A stretch of 64,000 bases of DNA from positions 5,469-69,468 of the forward strand of contig CALQJI020000015.1 of NCBI GenBank assembly GCA_943330855.2, written 5' to 3'. The notes under the pieces were generated by a model. That model was not told the DNA's origin, searched no databases, and was given only the letters and a program-made list of their open reading frames with translations. Source of the DNA: Klebsiella pneumoniae (GTDB taxonomy: Bacteria; Verrucomicrobiota; Verrucomicrobiia; Limisphaerales; SXTU01). Position numbers and translations under genes: made by a program. This document shows positions 9,413-18,299 of this stretch, in pieces; positions within the stretch are counted from its first letter, which is position 1, and each line of letters begins with the position of its first letter.

Positions 9413-10288
9413 TCAGCGCCGGGGCCGTGTCTGGCCAGCAGAGTGGAACTGGAGTATCTGCCCCACATCGGTGAACTTGAAGTAGTTGGTGGGAATTTGA
9501 AACAGGGCCTTGGCGAGGACGTTTTCAGCGATGCTTTCCACCGAGCGGATGCGGACGGTGATGAGGCTGTCGCTCACGTCGAACTGAGCCTGTGCTAACT
9601 GCGGAACGGTAGCAGAAGTCTCCCACAGCCGGACCGGGCGTTTCTCCCCAGTCGTGTAGGTGAGCGTGGCTTGGTATTTCTCCATGCCATTGGCGGGGTC
9701 TTTGCCGAGCGAGGTTTTGTCCAAGCGGATCAGCGCGGGGATGTCCTCATCGGGTAGCGCTTGGGTGATGTAGGCCTTGGCGTCCGGGAAAAGCTGCTGC
9801 GTGAGCCTCATGTTAATGGCGGACATGGTCAGCGTGGTGACGCGGTTGATGCCGGCGGCGCGGAGCGAGGCGAACGGCCCGGTGCTATCGATTCGCGTGG
9901 GCAAAGCACTCAGATCAAGTTCTGTGCGCACGCGGCCGTCGATGATGTGCAATGTCAATGGGAGTGTGGTGACCTCGACCTTGCCCGCGTTGGTGACACT
10001 CAACTCGAATTCACCAGTCGCCGTGATGGACTTCATGTCGGCCAAGAGCCTGGCCAGCGAGGTGTCCAAGTTGAAGGACCGAGGTTGCACTCGAATGGAT
10101 TGCGTCGGCAGTTGCGGCGCTGGCTGGGCCGGTGCCAGCAGGAAGGGATTCGGGTTGGCCGGGCTTAGGGAGCGCGCGGGAACTCCAGAGCGTGACGGCA
10201 CTTCGATGCGCTTGGGATTGGTTTGCGCGCTGGTGGCGAAGGCGAAGCCGCATAGTCCGGTGAGCAGGGCTGAAAAGTGAAGTTTCAT
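9413..10288 (-). CDS. Hypothetical exported protein
   Basis: Signal peptide MKLHFSALLTGLCGFAFATSA, Pro-rich linker, C-terminal LFQIPTNY. Confidence 0.65.
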   Translation of the reverse strand: MKLHFSALLTGLCGFAFATSAQTNPKRIEVPSRSGVPARSLSPANPNPFLLAPAQPAPQLPTQSIRVQPRSFNLDTSLARLLADMKSITATGEFELSVTNAGKVEVTTLPLTLHIIDGRVRTELDLSALPTRIDSTGPFASLRAAGINRVTTLTMSAINMRLTQQLFPDAKAYITQALPDEDIPALIRLDKTSLGKDPANGMEKYQATLTYTTGEKRPVRLWETSATVPQLAQAQFDVSDSLITVRIRSVESIAENVLAKALFQIPTNYFKFTDVGQILQFHSAGQTRPRR

Positions 10289-10489
10289 GCGTCGCTGGGT
10301 GTTTCCAGCGTGGCGCAGCGTAGTGAATCTCCCGGTGACAGCCAGAGGAATTTCAGCGCGCACCTCAGCGGGTGGTAACGGTCCTCAGCCCGGAATGACG
10401 ACGAATCACGGCTCTCCTGAATGCGGCGGGGCATTTGCGTCTGGGCTGGAGTTTCCCCCTGTCCCCTTCACTCTGCGCCACCAACGGTC

Positions 10490-11311
10490 ATGAACACCAG
10501 CCCCACCATCCCTGAAGACGCGCACGCGGTGCGCGCCGAAGTCCGCAAAGCCTACGCCGCCGTCGCCGCACGCGCGGCGAACTGCGGGCCGAACGCTGCC
10601 TCCACCTGCTGCGGTGGCGGTGGCCCGCCCGCCATCGGCGCGCAGACACTGGGTTACAGCGCTGAGGAAATCGCCGCTGCGCCCGCCGGTTCCGACCTCG
10701 GGCTGGGCTGCGGCAACCCGCAGGCCATTGCCGCGCTGCGCCCCGGCGAGACGGTGCTCGACCTCGGCAGCGGTGCGGGCTTCGACTGCTTCCTCGCCGC
10801 GCGCGCCGTCGGCCCGACGGGCCGCGTCATCGGCGTGGACATGACGATGGCCATGGTGCTGCAAGCCCGCGCGAACGCGGCGAAGGCCGGCGTCCACCAC
10901 GTCGAGTTCCGGCTCGGCGAAATCGAGTCCCTGCCCGTGGACTCGAACTCAGTGGACGTCATCCTCTCCAACTGCGTCATCAACCTCTCGCCCGACAAGC
11001 CGCGCGTCTTTCGCGACGCCTTCCGCGCACTGAAGCCCGGAGGCCGCCTCGCCCTCGCGGACACCGTGCGCACTGCGGACTTGCCGCCGGGCATCCTCGC
11101 CGACCTCGCAGCCCACTGCGGCTGCGTGGCCGGTGCGGCGTCGGTGGACGAACTGAAAACGATGCTCCGCGCCGCCGGCTTCGTGGACCTCCGCATCACG
11201 CCGATAGACGCGAGCCGCGCGTTCATCCACGGCTGGCTGCCGGGGAAGAACCCGGGGGATTACGTGCTGTCGGCGAGCATCGAGGCGGTCAAGCCGGAAC
11301 GAGGGGAATGA
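10490..11311 (+). CDS. arsM: Arsenite S-adenosylmethionine methyltransferase
   Basis: TCCG, LGLGCGNP, VLDLGSGAGFD, SNCVINLSPDK and HCGCVAGA: the ArsM cysteine pattern plus the SAM motif. Confidence 0.88.
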   Translation: MNTSPTIPEDAHAVRAEVRKAYAAVAARAANCGPNAASTCCGGGGPPAIGAQTLGYSAEEIAAAPAGSDLGLGCGNPQAIAALRPGETVLDLGSGAGFDCFLAARAVGPTGRVIGVDMTMAMVLQARANAAKAGVHHVEFRLGEIESLPVDSNSVDVILSNCVINLSPDKPRVFRDAFRALKPGGRLALADTVRTADLPPGILADLAAHCGCVAGAASVDELKTMLRAAGFVDLRITPIDASRAFIHGWLPGKNPGDYVLSASIEAVKPERGE

Positions 11312-12006
11312 TGAGCGCCCCGACGACCTTGGTGCTCCTGCCTGGGCTGGATGGGACGGAAGTTTTCTTCGCCCCGCTGCTCCGGCACCTGCCGACGTGG
11401 ATCAAGCCGGTCGTCATCCAGTATCCCACGGCGGGTGCCAACGATTACAGGCACTTGTTGGAAATCGTGCGCGAGCAGGTGGCGCCGTTGAGACGCTTCG
11501 CGTTGCTGGGCTGGTCCTTCGGCGTGCCGCTCGCGCTCATGCTCGCCCACCAACGGCCGGGGGATGTTTCCGCCGTCGTGCTCTGCGGCACCTTCGTCAC
11601 GCCGCCGCGGCCCGGGCTGGTTCCGTTCCGGTTCGCACTCCGCGGCCCCGTGGTGGCGACTGTCCGCGCGCTGCGTCGCACTCGGCTGTTGCTTCCAGGT
11701 TATGCGACTACCGAGCTGCGGTAGGCCAAGTCGGTGACCTGGAACCGCGTCGATGCCAGCGTCCTCGCAGCCCGCTCACGGGCTGCGCTGGGCGTGGACG
11801 TGCGGACCCAACTCCGTGAGTGCCGCACCCGGCTGATGTATCTGGCGGCCACGCGGGATGAAGTCGTGGGTCCACGCAGCCGCGATGAAGTTGTCGCCCT
11901 TGCGCCTCAGCTTCAGCTCGCCGAAGTGGAGGGGCCACACCTCGCCCTCTTCACCAATCCGCGACCGGCGGCGGAGCACGTCGCCAGGTTCCTGCGGGAG
12001 AACTGA
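11308..12006 (+). pseudogene. Alpha/beta hydrolase interrupted by one in-frame TAG (11722-11724)
   Basis: LPGLDGT and GWSFG (nucleophile) lie before the stop; RDEVV and GPH (acid, His) lie after it in the same frame. ORFs 11308-11724 and 11734-12006 share a frame. Confidence 0.8.
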
Positions 12007-12114
12007 CTCCTTCAAAGGCAGAACCCGAGGGGCGTGCTCAACGCAAGTTAGCCCGGCAGGCGCCAGCGTCCGCAGCGCCGCTCCGAACACTGAATACCTC
12101 CTCGTCCCGCTCGC

Positions 12115-13392
12115 TCACCCCACCGACGGCGCGACCAACCGCCCCGCCTTCACCACGCCGCCTTGCAACACGGCGAGGATGTTCCGGCGGTCTTCGAGGA
12201 GCGTGATGTCCTTCAACACGTCGCCGTCCACGAGCAGCACGTCGGCGAGCTTGCCCGGTTCGAGGGTTCCGAGGTCGTGCGCGCGGCCCATGATTTCCGC
12301 GCCGGTCTTCGTGGCGCACTTGAGCGTTTCGAGCGGGCTGAAGCCGACGTAGTTCACGAAGAAGGACAACTCCTTGGCGTAGTCGCCGTGCGGGTTCCAG
12401 CCGAAGCCGTAGTCGCCGCCCATGCCGATGCGCCCGCCGGCCTTGAGGATTTTGCGATAGCTCGCCGCGCCGCCTTCGAGCGTTTCCTGATGGCCGTCAA
12501 TCACGCGCTGCGACAGGCCGAACTCCTTCCCACGCACGATGCTCGCTTGCTCGAAGTAAAGCCCCGGCACCACGGGCACGTCGCGCTTCAGCAGCAGCTC
12601 TAGCCCCTCGTCATCAATGAACGTCGCGTGTTCCACCGAGTCGTAGCCGGCGCGCAACGCGTTCTTGATGCCTTCGGTCGCGCGGCAGTGGCCGGTGACC
12701 TTGAGCTTGTGGTTGTGCGCGGTCTGCACCACGGCGTGCATCTCCTCGAAGGTCATGCAGAGCGTGTGGTGGTCGTTCTGGTCGGGCCACGCGGCGTCGC
12801 CGGTGGGGTAAGTCTTCACCCACTCGACGCCGTCCTTCACGAGCGAGCGCACGGCCTTGCGCGCGTCCTCCACGCCGTTGATGCAGAAGACCAGGCCGTC
12901 CATGCCAATCTTGCGGAAGTCAGGATTCCAATCCATCAGGCCGCCCGCGCTGCAAATCTCGCGCCCGCTCGCGACGAGGCGCGGGCCGGGGATGAGGTCT
13001 TCCTCGATGGCTTTCTTCAGCCACACATCGCAGTTGAAGAGGCAGCCGCCGGAGCGCGCGGCGGTGTAGCCGCATTCGAGGACGGTCTTGCAGTTCACCG
13101 AGGCGAGGAGGGAGACGTATTCGACGGGGAATTTGATGTCGAGGTCCTCGAGCTTCTCGATGTTGAAATAGGTCGCGTGGTAATGCGCCTCGACGAGGCC
13201 AGGCAGGATGGTGCCGCCGCGCGCGTCAATGCGCCGCGCGTCCGGCGGCACGGCGGGCGCGTTGGCTGCGGGTCCGGCGTAGGTGATGCGACCGTCAGTG
13301 ATTACCAGCGCGGCGTCGGGCACGGGCGGGGAGCCGGTGCCGTCGAAGAGTTGGCCGTGGGAGATGAGGGTGGTGCCGGGGGCGGTTTTCAT
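12115..13392 (-). CDS. Metal-dependent amidohydrolase (Xaa-Pro dipeptidase-like)
   Basis: PGLVEAHYH, VKTY, TGHC, SVEHATF, GGDYG and GKLAD motifs. Confidence 0.88.
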   Translation of the reverse strand: MKTAPGTTLISHGQLFDGTGSPPVPDAALVITDGRITYAGPAANAPAVPPDARRIDARGGTILPGLVEAHYHATYFNIEKLEDLDIKFPVEYVSLLASVNCKTVLECGYTAARSGGCLFNCDVWLKKAIEEDLIPGPRLVASGREICSAGGLMDWNPDFRKIGMDGLVFCINGVEDARKAVRSLVKDGVEWVKTYPTGDAAWPDQNDHHTLCMTFEEMHAVVQTAHNHKLKVTGHCRATEGIKNALRAGYDSVEHATFIDDEGLELLLKRDVPVVPGLYFEQASIVRGKEFGLSQRVIDGHQETLEGGAASYRKILKAGGRIGMGGDYGFGWNPHGDYAKELSFFVNYVGFSPLETLKCATKTGAEIMGRAHDLGTLEPGKLADVLLVDGDVLKDITLLEDRRNILAVLQGGVVKAGRLVAPSVG

Positions 13393-13408
13393 GGGAGGGG
13401 AGGGAAAA

Positions 13409-13464
13409 GTGATTAGTAATTAGCGCTTAGTCGGCGGGCGTAGGTTCCACTAATTACTAATTAC
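13409..13464. repeat. Inverted heptamer-repeat hairpin (TAATTAG/CTAATTA)
   Basis: gtgattagtaattag ... ctaattactaattac, AT-rich arms in a GC-rich intergenic spacer. Confidence 0.65.
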
Positions 13465-13477
13465 TCTCGGGCTTCGG

Positions 13478-14461
13478 CTATTTCGTCTTCGCCACTTCAG
13501 CGATTTGCTTCTCCAACTCCGCCCACTTCGCCTGCGCCTCGGCCACGGGCACGCCCTTTTTCATGCCGGGTCGCAGGTGGCCGCATTCGTTGAGCCACGC
13601 GTCCTTCATGAGGCCTTGCCGTTGCGCAATGAGCTTGAGCAACTCCGCGCCGCGAGGGTGGATGGACGCGATGAAAGCCACGCCGTCCTTCGCCTCGGCG
13701 AGCTTCTCGGCGGGCGCATCGAACGCGCGGAGCACCTCGCGCGCGATGAGCCAGTGGCCGATGGGGTTGATGTGAACGCCGTCGCCCGCGAGCTTGTAGG
13801 CCGGGTCGCGCTCGCGCTCGGCGGCGATGAACTTCGCCATCGGGAAATGCGCGTCCACCACCACCCAACCCTGCGCGCGCTGGCTCACGAGCCATTCGGA
13901 GTAGCGGTCGAGCACGGTGTTGTAGCCCTCGAAGGGCTGCTTGTATTCGGCGAGGCCGGCGGGCAGCAGCCGCGCCTTGATGGGCACGGGGTCGAAGACC
14001 GGCGGGGTGATGTGAATGACCTTCGCGCCGATGGCTGCGGCCTTTTTGCGGAGCAGCTCCATGCCCTCGCGATACTTGGCGAAGCGCTCGTCACTGAGCG
14101 GGTAATACATCCCGCAGTTCATCCCGTAGCACGCGACGATGAGGTCGGGCTTGGCCTTGGCGAGCACGCGATTGAGCCGTTCGTGGACGGTGGGGCGCGG
14201 GAACTGCCCGCCCGCGTGGCCCGGCTCGCTGAGGCCGCTGACGGTCTCGCTTGGAAGACCGATGTTGATGAACTCGATGGCGCGGCCGGGGTGCTCGACG
14301 CGGAAGGCTGCCTCCAAAATGTCCACATAACCGCCCGCGTAAGTGATGCTGTCGCCGAGAAAGACGACGCGCTTCACGCCGTCGAGGAGCGGCTTGTCAG
14401 CGGCGGAGGTGGTGGTGAAGGCGGCGAGGAACAGCGCGGCGAGGAATGGCAGTGGCTTCAT
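13478..14461 (-). CDS. Secreted SGNH/GDSL hydrolase
   Basis: Signal peptide; FLGDSIT, YGMNC and DGVH motifs. Confidence 0.9.
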   Translation of the reverse strand: MKPLPFLAALFLAAFTTTSAADKPLLDGVKRVVFLGDSITYAGGYVDILEAAFRVEHPGRAIEFINIGLPSETVSGLSEPGHAGGQFPRPTVHERLNRVLAKAKPDLIVACYGMNCGMYYPLSDERFAKYREGMELLRKKAAAIGAKVIHITPPVFDPVPIKARLLPAGLAEYKQPFEGYNTVLDRYSEWLVSQRAQGWVVVDAHFPMAKFIAAERERDPAYKLAGDGVHINPIGHWLIAREVLRAFDAPAEKLAEAKDGVAFIASIHPRGAELLKLIAQRQGLMKDAWLNECGHLRPGMKKGVPVAEAQAKWAELEKQIAEVAKTK

Positions 14462-14531
14462 GGTGAATCAGTGGCGCGAGCGTAAGCGGATGGCTCGGCT
14501 GGCGGCAAGTGCGCGTCGCAGAGTTGGCCAA

Positions 14532-14649
14532 CTCGCATGTGCACCCAGCTTCAGCCGGTTGAACCCGCCGTCGCCGAGTGAAAAACTGTTTAAACAGTTT
14601 TCCACTGCGCCACGTAGAACGCCCGGCCAAAGCTGGGTGCTGATGAGAG
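14532..14649. repeat. Nested palindromic miniature element
   Basis: Outer arms gcacccagctt / aagctgggtgc enclose a near-perfect 28-bp palindrome gtgaaaaactgtttaaacagttttccac. Confidence 0.7.
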
Positions 14650-14682
14650 CTCGCTTTTTCCACAGCAGCCTTCGCGCACCCA

Positions 14683-15426
14683 CTACCGCAGCACCCCCCC
14701 CTGCGCCTTCAGCCAGCGCTCCGCTTCCTCCCAGCGCGGGAACGCCTCCGCCACGTGCCGCCAGTAGCGCGCCGAGTGGTTCATCTCGCGCCGGTGCATC
14801 AGCTCGTGGACGCAGATGTAGTCCCGCACCAACTCTGGCGTCTGCACCAGCCGCCAGTTCAGCGAGATGGTCCCGGCCCGCGAGCAACTGCCCCAGCGCG
14901 ACCGCTGGCTGCGCACCGTGACGCGTTGGACGGTGACGGCGAGCGACGCGGCGAGTTCGAGTAGGCGCGGTGGAAGCTCCTTCGCCGCGAGCCGCCAGAG
15001 ATGCCGCTCGACGGCAGGGCGGAGGTTCGCAGCGGTGTCGCGGAGCAAGACGACTTGGTCGGCGAACAGCACCAAGCAGCCACTCGCGTGCGGCTCCAGT
15101 TCCAACGCGACGCGCTCGCCGCGAAAGAGGATTTCTGTCCCGTGCTGCCACTCGGTTGCGCGATGCGTGCGCGGCGGCTTCGCGAGCTGCTGCTCCAGCC
15201 AAGCCGTCTGCCGCTGGGCGAACGCGAGGGCCTCCGCGCGGTTGCCGGAGCGGGGCACCGTGACGCGCGCCACCCGCTCGGGCGTGAGCCGCAGGATGTA
15301 GCGCCGGGCCTTGGGATTGCGCACGAACTCCACCGGCAGCTCCGTCCCGCCTACGCGCAACGCCGCCGCCGGCGGCGCGGCCGGGCGCACGCGGTTGAGG
15401 AGGCGGGTGAACAAGTCGAGTTGCAC
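14683..15426 (-). CDS. YgjP/DUF45 (SprT-like zincin) metallopeptidase with N-terminal QLDLF
   Basis: RWGSCS, LNWRL and VHELMH...NHS..YW motifs. GTG start at 15426 is supported by an upstream TCGCCT-N17-AACGCT promoter-like element. Confidence 0.85.
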   Translation of the reverse strand: MQLDLFTRLLNRVRPAAPPAAALRVGGTELPVEFVRNPKARRYILRLTPERVARVTVPRSGNRAEALAFAQRQTAWLEQQLAKPPRTHRATEWQHGTEILFRGERVALELEPHASGCLVLFADQVVLLRDTAANLRPAVERHLWRLAAKELPPRLLELAASLAVTVQRVTVRSQRSRWGSCSRAGTISLNWRLVQTPELVRDYICVHELMHRREMNHSARYWRHVAEAFPRWEEAERWLKAQGGVLR

Positions 15427-15478
15427 GGCGGGGAGCGTTCGCAGACCGCGAGCCGGAGGCGAGCCGAAAGCGCACCCG

Positions 15479-15613
15479 GTAGGGTGAGACTTCGTCGACC
15501 CCCATCTTGAGCGCAGCGAGCGGAGCGTAGCGAGCATCTCGGGCAGCACCACACCAGCCAAAAACTTCGTTTCACTCGCGCCTCCGACGTCGGCAAAGGG
15601 AGGCTCGCCCTAC
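15479..15613. repeat. Second GTAG-type REP doublet (GTAGGGCGAG family), degenerate
   Basis: gtagggtgagac ... ggctcgccctac inverted ends. Confidence 0.55.
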
Positions 15614-15634
15614 CGGGATGCCGCCGCGCTGCCG

Positions 15635-16102
15635 TCAGCCGCCCGACGGTTTCAAAAACTTCCGAGCGAGCGCGATAACGTCCTCGCAGACCGCCCCGCC
15701 CTTCCGCTGGAAGTGCTGCGCGTGCGTGGCCACGAAGGCTTGTTCCTCCGCGTTCAGCGGCTTCGCACTGAGCACCACCACCGGCACGGCCTGTCGCTCA
15801 GGCCGACGCCGCAGTTGAGTGAGGAACTTAAAGCCGTCCATCTCCAGCATCATCAGGTCTAGCACAATGAGCGCAGGTAACCCCGACTCCATCAACGCCA
15901 GCGCCTTGGCCCCGCTCTCGGCTTCCAGCACCTTGAACCCCTCGTGCTCCAACGCGCGCCGGAGAATTTGCCGGATGACGGGGTTGTCATCCACGACCAG
16001 GACAGCCCCGGCAAGCACGGGCGCGGACGTGGTGTTTGCTTTGAATTTCACCCCGGCGAAACGCTCGGGCGGTGCGTTGGATTCGTTGTGGTCCGTGCTC
16101 AT
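15635..16102 (-). CDS. Single-domain response regulator (CheY-like)
   Basis: VLVVDD, VLDLMMLEMDG, VVVLSA and RKG receiver motifs; start taken at MSTDHN. Confidence 0.85.
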   Translation of the reverse strand: MSTDHNESNAPPERFAGVKFKANTTSAPVLAGAVLVVDDNPVIRQILRRALEHEGFKVLEAESGAKALALMESGLPALIVLDLMMLEMDGFKFLTQLRRRPERQAVPVVVLSAKPLNAEEQAFVATHAQHFQRKGGAVCEDVIALARKFLKPSGG

Positions 16103-16211
16103 CTTCAGAAACTCCCGACCGCTGAACCGGAGCAAACTCGCCGCGAACACACGTCGCGGTCCGGGATATTGCTCACTCGCCAAGGGCCGTGCGCTCTGCG
16201 ATACACCACCC

Positions 16212-18299
16212 ATGAAGCTGCTGTCCATCTCACTGACACTTGCGCTGACTTTCGCTCTCTGCGAAGCGGCGGACAAGAAAGCCACCGACGCCAAAGCCCC
16301 CGCGAAGAAAGCCCCGCCGGCGAATCTCCAGCCCAACCCCAGGAAGCTCAACCCGCCGCCCGGCGTGGTCGTGCCCGCCGACGTGAAGGCTGAACTCACC
16401 GCCGGAGCCGCCGCGCTGGGGAAGGAGATTGAGGCCTTGCGCGAATCACTGAAGGCCAAGCCCGCGCTGCTCGCCCTCCTGCCCGACGTGCAGATTTACC
16501 ACAACGCCGTCCGCTACGCGCTCGAGGACGACATCTTCACCAGCACGAACCAGTTTAACTCCGCCCGCGCGCTGCTCAAGGTCGGCTCCGAGCGCGCGAA
16601 GCAGCTCGCCGCCGGCAACGCGCCTTGGAATACGAAGGCCGGCCTGCTCGCGCTCAAGAAGGAACTCGAAGGCAAAGCCAAGGCGCCGGCCACGCTCACG
16701 CACATCCCCGTCGTGCGCGGCTACGTGTCGAAGATTGACGGCTCGGTGCAGCCTTACGGACTGAAGGTGCCGGTGACTTACCTGACCGGCGATGACAAGC
16801 CGCGCCGCCTCGACTTCTGGCTGCACGGGCGCGGCGACACGCTCAACGAGATTGCCTTCGTCGAAGGCCAGTCGCGCGCGGGCGGCACGTTCCTGCCCGA
16901 GGACGCGTTCGTGCTGGACCCTTACGGCCGCTTCATGAACGCCTTCAAGTTCGCGGGCGAGACGGACGTGTGGGAAGGCCTCGACCACGCGGCGAAGCAC
17001 TACCCGATTGACCGCAACAAGCTCGCCATGCGCGGCTTCTCGATGGGCGGCGCGGGCGCGTGGCATCTTGGCGCGCATCACCCGGACAAGTTCGCTTCCG
17101 TCAATCCCGGCGCGGGTTTCGTGGACGTGAAGCACTACCAGAAGCTCGGCGACAAGCTCGCCACCATCCCGTGGTGGGAGCAGAAGCTCTGGAACCTCTA
17201 CGACCCGCTCGCGTGCCCCATCAACCTCGCCAACTCGACACTTGTGGCCTACAGCGGCGAGGACGACGCGCAAAAAGCCGCCGCCGACCTCATGGAAGCC
17301 GCGCTGCTCAAAGACGGCGTGAAGATGACCCACATCATCGGCCCCAAGACCGGCCACTCCTACGAGAAGGATGCGAAGGTGGTCGTGGCCAAGCTCGTGG
17401 ACGAGGCGACGAACAAGGGCATCAACCACCAGCCGAAGAAGGTCACGCTGGTGACGCACTCACTGAAGTTTAACAAGGCGCACTGGGTGACGATTGATGC
17501 GCTGGAGAAGCATTGGGATGAAGCGCGAGTGGAGGCCGAAGCAACGGTGAGTGGCGCAAGTATCAAGACCAAAGGTGTCTCCGCCCTCACGGCGCACTTG
17601 ATAACAACCAAGGCCAAAACCATGGCCTCCGTGACGATTGACGGCGAGCGCCTCGCGACTTCGTCTATCGCCTCGCTCGTGAAGGTGGACGGCAAGTGGC
17701 GTGTGCAATCGGAAATCGGAAATCGGAAATCAGAAATCGCCAAGCGCCCCCACCTCCAAGGCCCCATTGACGACGCCTTCATGGACTCGTTCGTGATGGT
17801 GCGGCCCACCGGCCAGCCGTTGAACGCCGCCGTCGGGCAGTGGGCGAAGACCGAGCTGGCGGAGGCCGCGTTCCACTGGCGGCGCTACTTCCGCGGCGAG
17901 CCGCGCGTGAAGGACGACTCCGCCATCACCGATGACGACATCAAGAACAGCAACCTCGTCCTCTGGGGCGACCCGTCGTCGAACAAGCTCCTCGCCCGCA
18001 TCGCCGACAAGTTGCCCATCCAATGGAACGGCAAGGAAATCAAAGTCGACGGCAAGACCTACGACGCCACCAAGCACGCGCCCGCGTTCATCTTCCCGAA
18101 CCCGCTGAACCCGGCGCGCTACGTGGTCATCAACTCCGGCTTTACCTTCCCGCAATATGCCGGCGCCTCGAACTCGCAGCAAACCCCCAAGCTCCCCGAC
18201 TGGGCCATCCTCGACCTCAGCGTCCCGCTGGCCGACCGCGTCTTGGGCAAAGGCGTCGTCGCCGCCGACTTCTTCGGCGAGAAGTGGGAAGTGAAGTGA
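16212..18299 (+). CDS. Secreted alpha/beta hydrolase (prolyl-oligopeptidase-like, PVC type)
   Basis: Signal peptide MKLLSISLTLALTFALCEA; WLHGRG, GFSMGG, GEDD and GH motifs. Confidence 0.8.
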   Translation: MKLLSISLTLALTFALCEAADKKATDAKAPAKKAPPANLQPNPRKLNPPPGVVVPADVKAELTAGAAALGKEIEALRESLKAKPALLALLPDVQIYHNAVRYALEDDIFTSTNQFNSARALLKVGSERAKQLAAGNAPWNTKAGLLALKKELEGKAKAPATLTHIPVVRGYVSKIDGSVQPYGLKVPVTYLTGDDKPRRLDFWLHGRGDTLNEIAFVEGQSRAGGTFLPEDAFVLDPYGRFMNAFKFAGETDVWEGLDHAAKHYPIDRNKLAMRGFSMGGAGAWHLGAHHPDKFASVNPGAGFVDVKHYQKLGDKLATIPWWEQKLWNLYDPLACPINLANSTLVAYSGEDDAQKAAADLMEAALLKDGVKMTHIIGPKTGHSYEKDAKVVVAKLVDEATNKGINHQPKKVTLVTHSLKFNKAHWVTIDALEKHWDEARVEAEATVSGASIKTKGVSALTAHLITTKAKTMASVTIDGERLATSSIASLVKVDGKWRVQSEIGNRKSEIAKRPHLQGPIDDAFMDSFVMVRPTGQPLNAAVGQWAKTELAEAAFHWRRYFRGEPRVKDDSAITDDDIKNSNLVLWGDPSSNKLLARIADKLPIQWNGKEIKVDGKTYDATKHAPAFIFPNPLNPARYVVINSGFTFPQYAGASNSQQTPKLPDWAILDLSVPLADRVLGKGVVAADFFGEKWEVK
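17707..17739. repeat. In-frame heptamer tandem repeat (AATCGGA, about 4.7 units) inside a CDS
   Basis: aatcgga aatcgga aatcgga aatcaga aatcg encodes QSEIGNRKSEI. Confidence 0.85.
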
